From: Candidatus Eiseniibacteriota bacterium
GTDB taxonomy: Bacteria; Eisenbacteria; RBG-16-71-46; CAZAMP01
Assembly: GCA_965224245.1 (NCBI GenBank)
Contig: OZ245046.1
Span: forward strand, 256,001-320,000
Reading direction: 5' to 3'
DNA: 64,000 nt
Shown here: positions 1 to 9,008 of the stretch, piece by piece
Numbering within the stretch: position 1 is the stretch's first letter
Layout: each line of letters opens with the position of its first letter
Position numbers and translations under genes: made by a program
The notes under the pieces: generated by a model
The model's database searches: none
Told to the model about the DNA's origin: nothing
Seen by the model: the letters and a program-made list of their open reading frames with translations, nothing else

Positions 1-989
1 CGGTGACGGGCCGTATCCGTCGCGGCGTCGCCCAGGGTGCTCACCCGCGTCGACGGCCGCTGGGGATCGGTGTCCCGGATCAGCTGATGAATCTCGGAGT
101 ACGCGATGGAGCGAAGCTTGACCGGATCGACGGGAGTCGTACCCGTCAGGAGCTCGTAGAGCAGCACCCCCAGAGAGTAGATGTCGGTTCGGGTATCGAC
201 GTCCAGGCCGGACATCTCGGCCTGCTCGGGGCTCATGTACTCCGGCGTGCCGATGAACTGGTGATACTGGGTGAAGAGCGTCTTCTCGGTGAGCCGGTGA
301 CTGGTCGCCTTGGCGATCCCGAAATCGATGACCTTGGGGACCGGGGTCCCGTCGTGAAGCGTGATCATCACGTTCGAGGGCTTGATGTCCCGGTGAATGA
401 TCCCCTTCTGGTGCGCGTGCTGGACGGCGCCGCAGACCCCGAGGAAGAGCTCCAGCCGATCCCGGGTGGAGAGGTTGTTCTCGTCGCAGTACTTCGTGAT
501 CGGGACCCCGCGGACGAGCTCCATCACGAAGAAGGGACGCCCGGTGCTGGTGGCGCCGGCATCCAGGACGCGCGCGATGTTGGGGTGGTCCATCAGGGCG
601 AGGGCCTGTCGCTCGGCCTCGAAGCGCGCGATGACCTGCTTTGTGTCCATCCCGAGCTTGATGATCTTCAGCGCCACCTTGCGTCGCACCGGCTCTTCCT
701 GCTCGGCCATGTAGACGCTGCCGAAGCCGCCCTCGCCGATCTTCTGCAGCAGCTTGTAGCGGCCCACCCGCGTGCCGGGACCCTCGGAGGGAGAAGAGGC
801 GGGAGTGGTCACGGTTTCGACGTCGAGGAAGCTTCCGGCGTCGCGCTGTGCGTCGAGCAACGTGGCGACCTCGGCTCGGAGCTCGGCATCGTCGCCGCAC
901 GCGGCCTCGAGAAAGGCGGCCCGATCGGCGGGGGAGACCTCTGAGGCCGCGTGAAAGATCGCCTTCGCTCGTTCCCATCGGTCCATCAT
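1..989 (-). CDS. Ser/Thr protein kinase (ECF-associated, Hanks type), 3' end outside window
   Basis: Not in the ORF track (no stop in window). Manual translation gives [15 protein letters not shown]...[41 protein letters not shown]; start overlaps the TGA of the STAS gene. Confidence 0.95.
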   Translation of the reverse strand, partial: MMDRWERAKAIFHAASEVSPADRAAFLEAACGDDAELRAEVATLLDAQRDAGSFLDVETVTTPASSPSEGPGTRVGRYKLLQKIGEGGFGSVYMAEQEEPVRRKVALKIIKLGMDTKQVIARFEAERQALALMDHPNIARVLDAGATSTGRPFFVMELVRGVPITKYCDENNLSTRDRLELFLGVCGAVQHAHQKGIIHRDIKPSNVMITLHDGTPVPKVIDFGIAKATSHRLTEKTLFTQYHQFIGTPEYMSPEQAEMSGLDVDTRTDIYSLGVLLYELLTGTTPVDPVKLRSIAYSEIHQLIRDTDPQRPSTRVSTLGDAATDTARH

Positions 990-1339
990 CATCGGTCTCC
1001 CGGGGCCTGGGCGGTCGACATCGCGGCGACGGCCTCGTCACACGTCTCGTAGCACGGAATGATCGGAACGAGGCCGACCACGCGCAGCAGCGACTGGAGT
1101 CTCGGGCCGAGCCCCACCAGCGCCATCGCGCGCCCGGCGTTCAGCGCCGAGCCGTACGCGGCCGCGAGGATTCCGACACCGCAGCTCGTCATGTGCGTCA
1201 CCTGGGTCAGATCGACGATCACCGGCCCGGCATCGAGACCGACCTCGCGGCGGAAGCGCTCCAGGAACCCGTAGGCGTCCTTGTGATCCGAGACGAGGCC
1301 GCTGAGCGCGTACACGCGGCACTCTCGTGGGTCCATCAT
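989..1339 (-). CDS. STAS-domain anti-sigma factor antagonist (SpoIIAA/RsbV-like)
   Basis: [19 protein letters not shown] and [17 protein letters not shown] match the STAS pattern; 116 aa. Confidence 0.85.
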   Translation of the reverse strand: MMDPRECRVYALSGLVSDHKDAYGFLERFRREVGLDAGPVIVDLTQVTHMTSCGVGILAAAYGSALNAGRAMALVGLGPRLQSLLRVVGLVPIIPCYETCDEAVAAMSTAQAPGDR

Positions 1340-1363
1340 GGCAGCCGCTCCTGTTCGTGGCGG

Positions 1364-1981
1364 TCAGTTTCCTTCGGATCGTGGGGTCTCCGAGGCGTCC
1401 GGCTCCGACAGCTCCCGGAACAGCCAGGCGCGGGCCACGGCCCACTCTCGCCGGACGGTGCGGTCGGTCACGCTCAGGGCCTCCGCAATCTCCTGCATGC
1501 TCAGGCCGGCGAAGAACCGCAGCCGGACGATCTCGGCCATTCTCGGGTCTCGATCCTCCATGCGACGGATCGCCCGATCGACGGACATGATGTCCTCGAG
1601 GGGGGGAGGCTCCTGTCCCAGATCGAGGGAGTCGACGGTGAGGCGCTGCCAGCCGCCACCCCGCTTCACCCGGCCCCGGGCCCTGGCGTGCTCGATCAGG
1701 ATCCGGCGCATGGCCTCGGCGGCCGCGGCGTAGAAGTGCCCACGTCCCTCCCAGGTGACGGCCGAGTCGCCGACGAGCCGCATGTACGCCTCGTGAACGA
1801 GCGCGGTGGGCTGAAGCGTGTGGTCGGGTCGCTCGCGCGCCATCCTCTTCGCCGCCGAGCCGCGAAGCTGGTCGTAGACGAGCGGGAGCAGCTCGTCGAT
1901 GGCCCCGGCCTCGCCGCGGGCCGCCCGGTCGAGAATCCTCGTCACGTCTTCGGCGTGGGGGCCGGTCTCGGAGTCCGCCAC
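1364..1981 (-). CDS. ECF sigma factor, kinase-associated ECF43-like
   Basis: DVTRILD..LLPLVYDQLR..HTLQPTALVHEAYMRL..LRFFAGLS..EIAEAL..TVRREW; GTG start at 1981 after GGAGAG (ATG at 2017 is an alternative). Confidence 0.92.
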   Translation of the reverse strand: MADSETGPHAEDVTRILDRAARGEAGAIDELLPLVYDQLRGSAAKRMARERPDHTLQPTALVHEAYMRLVGDSAVTWEGRGHFYAAAAEAMRRILIEHARARGRVKRGGGWQRLTVDSLDLGQEPPPLEDIMSVDRAIRRMEDRDPRMAEIVRLRFFAGLSMQEIAEALSVTDRTVRREWAVARAWLFRELSEPDASETPRSEGN

Positions 1982-2239
1982 GAGCTCTCCAGGGTAGGGG
2001 ACGCGAAGCAGGGACATGGTCGACCATGGTATCGCGCCGGATGTCGGAAGCCGACCACGTGACGTCCGGAGTCCCGGCCTCATCTCCAGATGGTAGCGCA
2101 CGAGCGCCCATGCCCGCTCTTCGTGACGGGCGCGCGGTCCCGTCCGACCTCGCGGGCGACGCCTGCGCCCACCCTGCTCGTCCGGCACCGGCCTATCACC
2201 GGCCTGAGGTCGCTCTCCCCGCGAGCCCGTACTCGTCGG

Positions 2240-2575
2240 GTACACTGGCTTCAACCATCAACCTCACTTCACGGAGCCCATCATGATCCGATCTCGGCCG
2301 AGTCCTTTCCGGAGCCGGGAAGCACCGGAAGCTATGCCGCGGATGCCACGTTCACCAACGGGACGTTGACGTGGGCGGCCGGATCGATGGACGACGACCA
2401 CCAGGGCGTCACGCTGGACATCCAGGAGCTGACCACGACCATACTGGTCGGGCGCCTCTTCGGTACGCTCGTGCGGCGCGACCCCATGGACCCGGACGTC
2501 ATCCTCGACTCGATCGGCTTGAACATGACGTTCCGGTCGGGACTGTTCGACGGGAGCTGGCCGTGCGCGGAATAG
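2240..2575 (+). other. possible gene remnant or hypothetical protein C-terminus
   Basis: 3' part of ORF 2090-2575 reads like protein (GTLTWAAGSMDDDHQGVTLDIQELTTTILVGRLFGTL) but has no convincing start. Confidence 0.3.
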
Positions 2576-2695
2576 GGTGACGGGTCGCGAGAACCCGGTG
2601 CCACCGCGGGCGCCGGGGCGGCATCGCCGGGACCCTCTCGCTCGACGGGTCCCGGCGTTCAGGCAACGGCGTCGTCGTTCACGTGGAGGCGCGAG

Positions 2696-3274
2696 TCAAC
2701 CCTCCTTCGCCTCGGCGAGCTTCGCGCGCTCGGGGATCTCATCCGGAGGCAGCCCCGAGCTCGCTTCGAGGCGCCCGCTGAAGTTGAAGAACGAGATCAG
2801 TGCCGTGGCCTCCCAGATCGTCTTCTCGCTCCACCCGCTCGCCTTCAGCTCGGCGACGTCGTCGGCGCCCACGAGGCTCGGCGTCTCGGTCAGCTTGCTC
2901 GCGTATCGGAGAAGGGCTCGCGTGTCGGGCTCCAGCTGGTATTCGGGCCAGGTCGTCGCGAACTCGGGCCCCATGTGCTCATCCCGCGTGAGGCGGCGAA
3001 CTGCCGCCGTGTGAAGCCCGAGTCAGGGGGCGCCGCCCACCTTTCCGTTGACCACCGTCGCCAGCATCTCTCGCTGGAGTCGGCTCATGCCGGACGACTT
3101 GCCGAGGTGCAGGTAGTTGTAGAGCATGCCGGCCGGTCCGGCGACTCGGAGATCGACCGCGAGGATCTGGAAGATCCCCGGAACGACGCCGCCATACTGG
3201 CCCCTGACCCAGCGAAAGAAGAGTGTTCGCAGCCCGCGTGCGCGATCGGGCGCGATCGTCCGGATGTTCGCCAT
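2696..3274 (-). CDS. AhpD/carboxymuconolactone decarboxylase-like protein, probable selenoprotein (Sec TGA at 3023-3025)
   Basis: ORFs 3023-3283 and 2696-2974 are in one frame and join through TGA: SRLQREMLATVVNGKVGGAP-U-LGLH..RALLRYASKLTETP..DDVAELKASGWSEKTIWEATALISFFNFSGRL; hairpin follows the TGA. Confidence 0.85.
2992..3008 (-). promoter_or_regulatory. putative bacterial SECIS hairpin of the AhpD-like gene
   Basis: GGCGGC-AGTTC-GCCGCC beginning 14 nt after the in-frame TGA; G at loop position 2. Confidence 0.7.
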
Positions 3275-3890
3275 CGTCACCATCCCTTCTCGAGAGAGCT
3301 CGTGCGCGCGACATCAGGCATCGCGTTCGGGTCGAGTTCGAGCGCTGGCCGCGCTCGAGGACGACCGGGCCGTCACGGCAGCCGTGACGCAAAGGAGGCG
3401 AGAGGGTGCTGGATGCGCTGGCAGCCGTCCAGGAGAACCCACCCCGTCATCGCCGTGGGGAGAGGAGCGGAGAGAGGATGTGGGCGGTCGAGAGCGGACC
3501 CCGCTCGCATCACCGGGTGGCTCGGGACGACCGATCCCGCGGCCGACGTTTCGAGCCAGGTTGGTCACCAGAGGCCTCTCCAGCCCCGAGCGGCGCCCGG
3601 TGAGCTCATCGGTGGGTACCGGCGTGGGCACGGATATCGCCGTATCTCCGGCCACCCGGATCCGAACCGTACGATTGTTCAACACCGAAAGGGCCCCGAC
3701 GGCGTACAATTGTGCGTGGCCACATACAGCGACCTCGCTGGATGTCCTCGGTCTATTCAGATTCTTGCATGATGTGAGAGTCAAAAAACGTGACCAGGAT
3801 CGCCCTCCCGCACGCCCGTGCGAGGCTGGTCCGTTCGACACCGCGGTAAGGATGCGCGATGCCGAAAATCTGCACCGCTGGAGGACTCAC

Positions 3891-6800
3891 GTGAGAATCA
3901 CGAGTCGAACTCTGAGCGTTGCGGGCGCGGAGGCATTTGCGGCGGGTCTGTTCGTGATGCTCGTCGCCGCGCTTCCCGCGAACGCGGCCGTCGATGACGT
4001 GGAGCTGGACGGCAACGGATACGACGAGGTCGATCCGGCCGACGACTGGGACGTCATCACGAGCACTGGCGGAAGCTCCGTCATCGCCACACCCGTGATC
4101 CCGGACCCGGCGGGGAACAACATCTTCACCACCGGCGGCTCCAAGGACATCGAGGATGTCTCGTCGTGGGCCTGGACCGAAGGAAGCGTTCCCGACAAGG
4201 ACGAGATCACCAACGCGATGGCCGCGCTCTACACCGGCAACAAGCTCTACTTCGCCGCGGATCGCTTCGCGAACAACGGCGATGCGTCTCTCGGGTTCTG
4301 GCTGTTCCAGAATCCGATCGGTCTCGAGCCGGATGGATCGTTCAGCGGTGTGCACGCCGTCGGGGACATCCTCATCCTGGCCGACTTCGTCCAGGGCGGT
4401 GCGACCACGATCGTGCCCCGCGTGTTCCGGTGGGTAGGCGACGGCTCGGGCTCGGAAGGGAACATCGACGAGATCATCGTGGGCGTCGAGACGGCGAGCG
4501 CCATCACGAACGCGCTCGTCGAGTGCGCACCGTGGCCGTACGAGCCCAAGTTCCCCGAGGAGTGTCCTCCCGGATGTGACGACCCGAACTGCCACCCGCC
4601 GAGCTCGTTCTTCGAGGGCGGTCTCGACCTCGGATTGCTCGGCGTGAACCCCTGCTTCAGCTCCTTCCTGGTCGAGACCCGCTCTTCACAGTCGGTGTCG
4701 GCTCAGCTCAAGGACTTCGTCCTCGGCGACTTCACCACGAACCCGACCTGCGAGATCACCGGTGCGCCCGAACTCTGCGAGGGTGAGACGGCCGAGTACT
4801 GCTCGAGCTGCGATCTTTCCATCGGCACGTACCTGTGGGAGGTCGTGAGCGGTGACGCGACGATCGTGGGCGCCGATGACGGATCCTGCGTCGACGTCCA
4901 GGCGGGCACGACGAACTTCACGCTGAAGCTCAGCGTGGTCGGGGTCGACGGCTGCCCCGGCGAGTTCTTCAAGGAGGTCGTGGTCAATCCGCTCCCGGTC
5001 TGCGACATCGGAGGACCGGACGAGGTCTGCGAGGACTCCGAGAACGAGCACTGTGCATCGTGCGGAACCGGCGACTTCGACTACGCGTGGAGCATCGCGG
5101 GAGACGGCGAGATCACGACGCCCCTCGACGGCTCGTGCGTCACGGTCCTGGCGGGTGCCGACGCGATCCTCACCGGCGTGTCCTCCTACACGCTCACGCT
5201 CACCGTCACCTCGGCGGATGGGTGCGTGGACACGTTCGAGAAGACGGTGAACGTCAACCCCAACCCCGTCGTGACCGTCGCGGACAACGAGGCGTGCGAT
5301 GGCGACACGGCCGAGCTGTGCGCCGAGGTGGCGCTCGGGGAGTATCCCTTCACGTTCTCGTGGACGGGCCCCGGTGGCTTCGTCTCGGCCGACTCGTGCA
5401 TCACGGTCGGCGTGGAGGGGACGTACTCGGTCACCGTCACCGACGCCAACGGCTGCGAGGGCTCCGGCTCCGGTGACCTCACGATCCACGACAACCCCGT
5501 GGTCACGGTCGACGACAACGAAGCATGCGACGGCGACACGGCCGAGCTGTGTGCGGAGGTGTCCGTGGGTCAGTATCCCTTCTCGTTCGCGTGGACGGGC
5601 CCCGGTGGGTTCGTCTCGGCCGACTCGTGCATCACGGTCGGCGTGGAGGGAACGTACTCGGTCACCGTCACCGACGCCAACGGCTGCGAGGGCTCCGGCT
5701 CCGGGGACCTCACGATCCACGACAACCCCGTGGTCACGGTGGACGACAACGAGGCGTGCGACGGCGACACGGCCGAGCTGTGTGCCGGGGTATCGGTGGG
5801 TCAGTACCCGTTCTCGTTCGCGTGGACGGGCCCCGGTGGATTCGTCTCGGCCGACTCGTGCATCACGGTCGGCGTGGAGGGGACGTACTCGGTCACCGTC
5901 ACCGATGCCAACGGCTGCGAAGGCACCGGCTCAGGGGATCTCACGATCCACGACAACCCTGTGGTGACCGTCGACGATCGGGATGCCTGCGAGGGCTTCA
6001 GTGCCGAGCTGTGTGCCGAGGTGTCGGTGGGCCAGTATCCGTTCACGTTCGCGTGGACGGGCCCCGGTGGGTTCGTCTCGGCCGACTCGTGCATCACGGT
6101 CGGCGTCGCGGGCACCTACGAGGTCACGGTGACCGACGACAACGGATGCGTCGGGACGGGATCCGGTGATCTGACGATCAACCCGGGTCTGGTGATCAAG
6201 ATCGACGACCAGGAAGCGTGTGACGGCGATACGGCCGAGCTCTGCGCCCAGGTCAACGGTGGCGAGTATCCGTTCTCGTTCTCGTGGACGGGCCCCGGTG
6301 GGTTCGTCTCGGCCGACTCGTGCATCACGGTCGGCGTCGACGGGACGTACTCGGTCACCGTGGTCGACGTGAACGGGTGCGAGGGCTCCGGCTCCGGAGA
6401 CCTCACGGTTCACGACAACCCGGTGGTCACGGTGGACGACGACGAGGCGTGCGACGGTGACACGGCCGAGCTGTGCGCCGTGGTATCCGGCGGCCAGTAT
6501 CCGTTCACGTTCTCGTGGACGGGCCCCGGTGGGTTCGTCTCGGCCGACTCGTGCATCACCGTCGGCGTGGAGGGTGAGTACTCCGTCATGGTGACGGACG
6601 ACAACGGCTGCGAAGGCACCGGCTCCGGGGATCTCACGATCCACGACAACCCCGTGGTGACCGTCGATGATCGGGAGGCCTGCGAGGGCTTCACGGCCGA
6701 GTTGTGTGCCGAGGTGTCGGTGGGCCAGTATCCGTTCACGTTCGCGTGGACCGGCCCCGGTGGGTTCGTCTCGGCCGACTCGTGCATCACGGTCGGCGAC

Positions 6801-8729
6801 GCGGGCACCTACGAGGTCACGGTGACCGACGACAACGGATGCGTCGGGACGGGATCCGGTGATCTGACGATCAACCCGGGTCTGGTGATCAAGATCGACG
6901 ACCAGGAAGCGTGTGACGGCGATACAGCCGAGCTCTGCGCCCAGGTCAACGGTGGCGAGTATCCGTTCTCGTTCTCGTGGACGGGCCCCGGTGGGTTCGT
7001 CTCGGCCGACTCGTGCATCACGGTCGGCGTCGACGGGACGTACTCGGTCACCGTGGTCGACGTGAACGGGTGCGAGGGCTCCGGCTCCGGAGACCTCACG
7101 GTTCACGACAACCCGGTGGTCACGGTGGACGACGACGAGGCGTGCGACGGTGACACGGCCGAGCTGTGCGCCGTGGTATCCGGCGGCCAGTATCCGTTCA
7201 CGTTCTCGTGGACGGGCCCCGGTGGGTTCGTCTCGGCCGACTCGTGCATCGCGGTCGGCGTCGGGGGCACGTACGAGGTCACGGTGACCGACGACAACGG
7301 GTGCGAAGGCTCCGGGTCGGGTGACGCGACCATCCACGACAACCCGACGTGCTCGCTCGATCCCCCCGATCCGCTGCCCGAGTGCGGCTCCACGGGGAAC
7401 ACGCTGAGCGGTCCGGACGGGATGACCACGTACCTGTGGGAGCTCACGTCCGCTCCCGCCGGCTGGATGATCACCGGCGGTGCCGACCAGCAGACCGTCA
7501 CGTACACGGCCGGCGATGAAGGGGATGCGACGTTCCAGCTGACCATCACCGACGGCAACGGCTGCGTGGGCATGTGTGACGTCATGTTCTCGTGCACGCC
7601 GCCGCCTCCGGTCGACAAGTTCTGCACGTTCACGCAGGGCTTCTACGGCAACCCGGGTGGTCGCTTCAACGGGATCCCCACGCTGGATCTGATCAAGGCG
7701 TTGATCACGCCGGGGAACCCCCTCGTGGTCGGCGTGCCCGGCATGGCCCGTTCGCTCGAAGGCCTGCTCGGTGGCGGTGGTCGCTCCGTGACCTGGGAGG
7801 GAGGAGCGTCCGGCGGATACGTGTTCGAGGACTGCCCGGAGGAGCCCAACGGGGATCCCGGCGTCGCCGAACACTGCGTGATCGAGCGTCTGCCGGCCGG
7901 TGGTCCCGCGGAGGAGCTTCCGCTGGGGCTCGGTGACGTGACCGTCGATCCCTCGGACTGCGACACCGATCCGCCGCTGCCGATGCGGAACGGCAAGTAT
8001 CGGAACGTGCTGCTCGGTCAGACGATCACGCTGTCGCTGAACGTCCGGGTCGACGAGAACCTGAGCGATCTCGGGGTCTGCCGCGTGATGAAGACCGCGT
8101 CGGTGAACCCGGGACCGGACGGATGCTACGGGACCGAAGACGACCTGCTGCATCATCCGGGCGGAGACACGACGAGCGTGTACATTCCCGAGTCGGTCCT
8201 CCAGAAGCTGGACGACGACCCGGGTCTCGACACGACCGTCGGGGGCATTCTCGAGCTCGCGAACTGGGCGCTCGCCGGCCTGCTGGATCCGGATACGGAC
8301 CCGAGTCCGAGCGAGATCAGCGACGCGGCGGCGGCCATCAACGAAGGCTTCGACGAGTGCCGCTTCCTGATCTACTGCGGTGAAGGCGATGCCTCCGATC
8401 CAATGCTGGTGACGTCGCCGACCCGCGAGGACCACGTCCCGATCCCGTTCTCGCTGGGGGGCAACTACCCGAACCCGGTCCGCAGTGCCACGACGATTCA
8501 CTTCACGCTCGCGGAGCGGAGTGAGATCCGACTCGCCGTCTACGACGTCTCGGGTCGGCAGGTCGCCCTCCTCCTGGAGGGGTCGCTGAGGGCCGGAAGC
8601 CACCGTGCGGTGTGGGACATGGTCGATCGAGGGGACTTCTCGGCCGGAATCTACTTCTACCGGCTCGATGCTGCCGGTGCCAGCGGCTCGGCGTTCACCG
8701 AGACCCGCAGGATGCTGGTCCTGAGGTAA
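3891..8729 (+). CDS. large secreted Cys-rich repeat protein (SprB/Ig-like repeats) with C-terminal FlgD/T9SS-like sorting domain
   Basis: GGAGGA then GTG at 3891; signal peptide ending ALPANA; 77-aa repeats with YSVTVTDANGC; C-terminus NYPNPV..IHFTL..YDVSGRQV..GIYFYRL. Confidence 0.9.
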   Translation: MRITSRTLSVAGAEAFAAGLFVMLVAALPANAAVDDVELDGNGYDEVDPADDWDVITSTGGSSVIATPVIPDPAGNNIFTTGGSKDIEDVSSWAWTEGSVPDKDEITNAMAALYTGNKLYFAADRFANNGDASLGFWLFQNPIGLEPDGSFSGVHAVGDILILADFVQGGATTIVPRVFRWVGDGSGSEGNIDEIIVGVETASAITNALVECAPWPYEPKFPEECPPGCDDPNCHPPSSFFEGGLDLGLLGVNPCFSSFLVETRSSQSVSAQLKDFVLGDFTTNPTCEITGAPELCEGETAEYCSSCDLSIGTYLWEVVSGDATIVGADDGSCVDVQAGTTNFTLKLSVVGVDGCPGEFFKEVVVNPLPVCDIGGPDEVCEDSENEHCASCGTGDFDYAWSIAGDGEITTPLDGSCVTVLAGADAILTGVSSYTLTLTVTSADGCVDTFEKTVNVNPNPVVTVADNEACDGDTAELCAEVALGEYPFTFSWTGPGGFVSADSCITVGVEGTYSVTVTDANGCEGSGSGDLTIHDNPVVTVDDNEACDGDTAELCAEVSVGQYPFSFAWTGPGGFVSADSCITVGVEGTYSVTVTDANGCEGSGSGDLTIHDNPVVTVDDNEACDGDTAELCAGVSVGQYPFSFAWTGPGGFVSADSCITVGVEGTYSVTVTDANGCEGTGSGDLTIHDNPVVTVDDRDACEGFSAELCAEVSVGQYPFTFAWTGPGGFVSADSCITVGVAGTYEVTVTDDNGCVGTGSGDLTINPGLVIKIDDQEACDGDTAELCAQVNGGEYPFSFSWTGPGGFVSADSCITVGVDGTYSVTVVDVNGCEGSGSGDLTVHDNPVVTVDDDEACDGDTAELCAVVSGGQYPFTFSWTGPGGFVSADSCITVGVEGEYSVMVTDDNGCEGTGSGDLTIHDNPVVTVDDREACEGFTAELCAEVSVGQYPFTFAWTGPGGFVSADSCITVGDAGTYEVTVTDDNGCVGTGSGDLTINPGLVIKIDDQEACDGDTAELCAQVNGGEYPFSFSWTGPGGFVSADSCITVGVDGTYSVTVVDVNGCEGSGSGDLTVHDNPVVTVDDDEACDGDTAELCAVVSGGQYPFTFSWTGPGGFVSADSCIAVGVGGTYEVTVTDDNGCEGSGSGDATIHDNPTCSLDPPDPLPECGSTGNTLSGPDGMTTYLWELTSAPAGWMITGGADQQTVTYTAGDEGDATFQLTITDGNGCVGMCDVMFSCTPPPPVDKFCTFTQGFYGNPGGRFNGIPTLDLIKALITPGNPLVVGVPGMARSLEGLLGGGGRSVTWEGGASGGYVFEDCPEEPNGDPGVAEHCVIERLPAGGPAEELPLGLGDVTVDPSDCDTDPPLPMRNGKYRNVLLGQTITLSLNVRVDENLSDLGVCRVMKTASVNPGPDGCYGTEDDLLHHPGGDTTSVYIPESVLQKLDDDPGLDTTVGGILELANWALAGLLDPDTDPSPSEISDAAAAINEGFDECRFLIYCGEGDASDPMLVTSPTREDHVPIPFSLGGNYPNPVRSATTIHFTLAERSEIRLAVYDVSGRQVALLLEGSLRAGSHRAVWDMVDRGDFSAGIYFYRLDAAGASGSAFTETRRMLVLR
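5256..7334 (+). repeat. intragenic tandem repeat, 9 x 231 bp (77 aa), with a 693-bp higher-order duplication
   Basis: Each unit has 4 Cys and WTGPGGFVSADSCI; identical 96-aa antisense ORFs at 6116-6406 and 6809-7099 are 693 bp apart. Confidence 0.95.
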
Positions 8730-8744
8730 CCAAGCTCCACTCTG

Positions 8745-8775
8745 ACGCGACCCCGGGGACTCCCCGGGGTCGCGT
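8745..8775 (+). terminator. GC-rich hairpin, probable terminator
   Basis: ACGCGACCCCGGGG-ACT-CCCCGGGGTCGCGT just after the stop at 8729; no U-tract. Confidence 0.6.
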
Positions 8776-9008
8776 TCGTCCAGCCGAGCCCACAATCGCT
8801 TTCACCGCCACGAGTTGAAGGACCCGGCTCGCATCCCGGGCACGGGGCCATCTGCCCGACCGGGTCGGTGATCCGCGGACCGGTTTCACCGGGACCCTGA
8901 CGACCCCGACCGTTCAACGACCCACCTCCTCCCCGTTCGCTTCGACGGACGCCGGCATTACCTCGTTGAGGGCCATCCATGAGCGCCGGCGATCAGCAGG
9001 AGGGAACG

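Noticed and set aside
3-944. Long antisense ORFs (e.g. 3-944, 5931-8795, 13159-15759, 38648-40825, 45793-48330)
   Set aside because: Shadow frames of real genes in GC-rich DNA; no family motifs.
3372-3395. GTCACGGC-A-GCCGTGAC-GCAAAG resembling part of a c-di-GMP-I riboswitch
   Set aside because: No GNRA-capped stem or second conserved stem recognised; a covariance-model search would be needed.
5256-7334. Regular repeats as a CRISPR array
   Set aside because: The period is 231 bp, in frame within a CDS, with no unique spacers and no cas genes.
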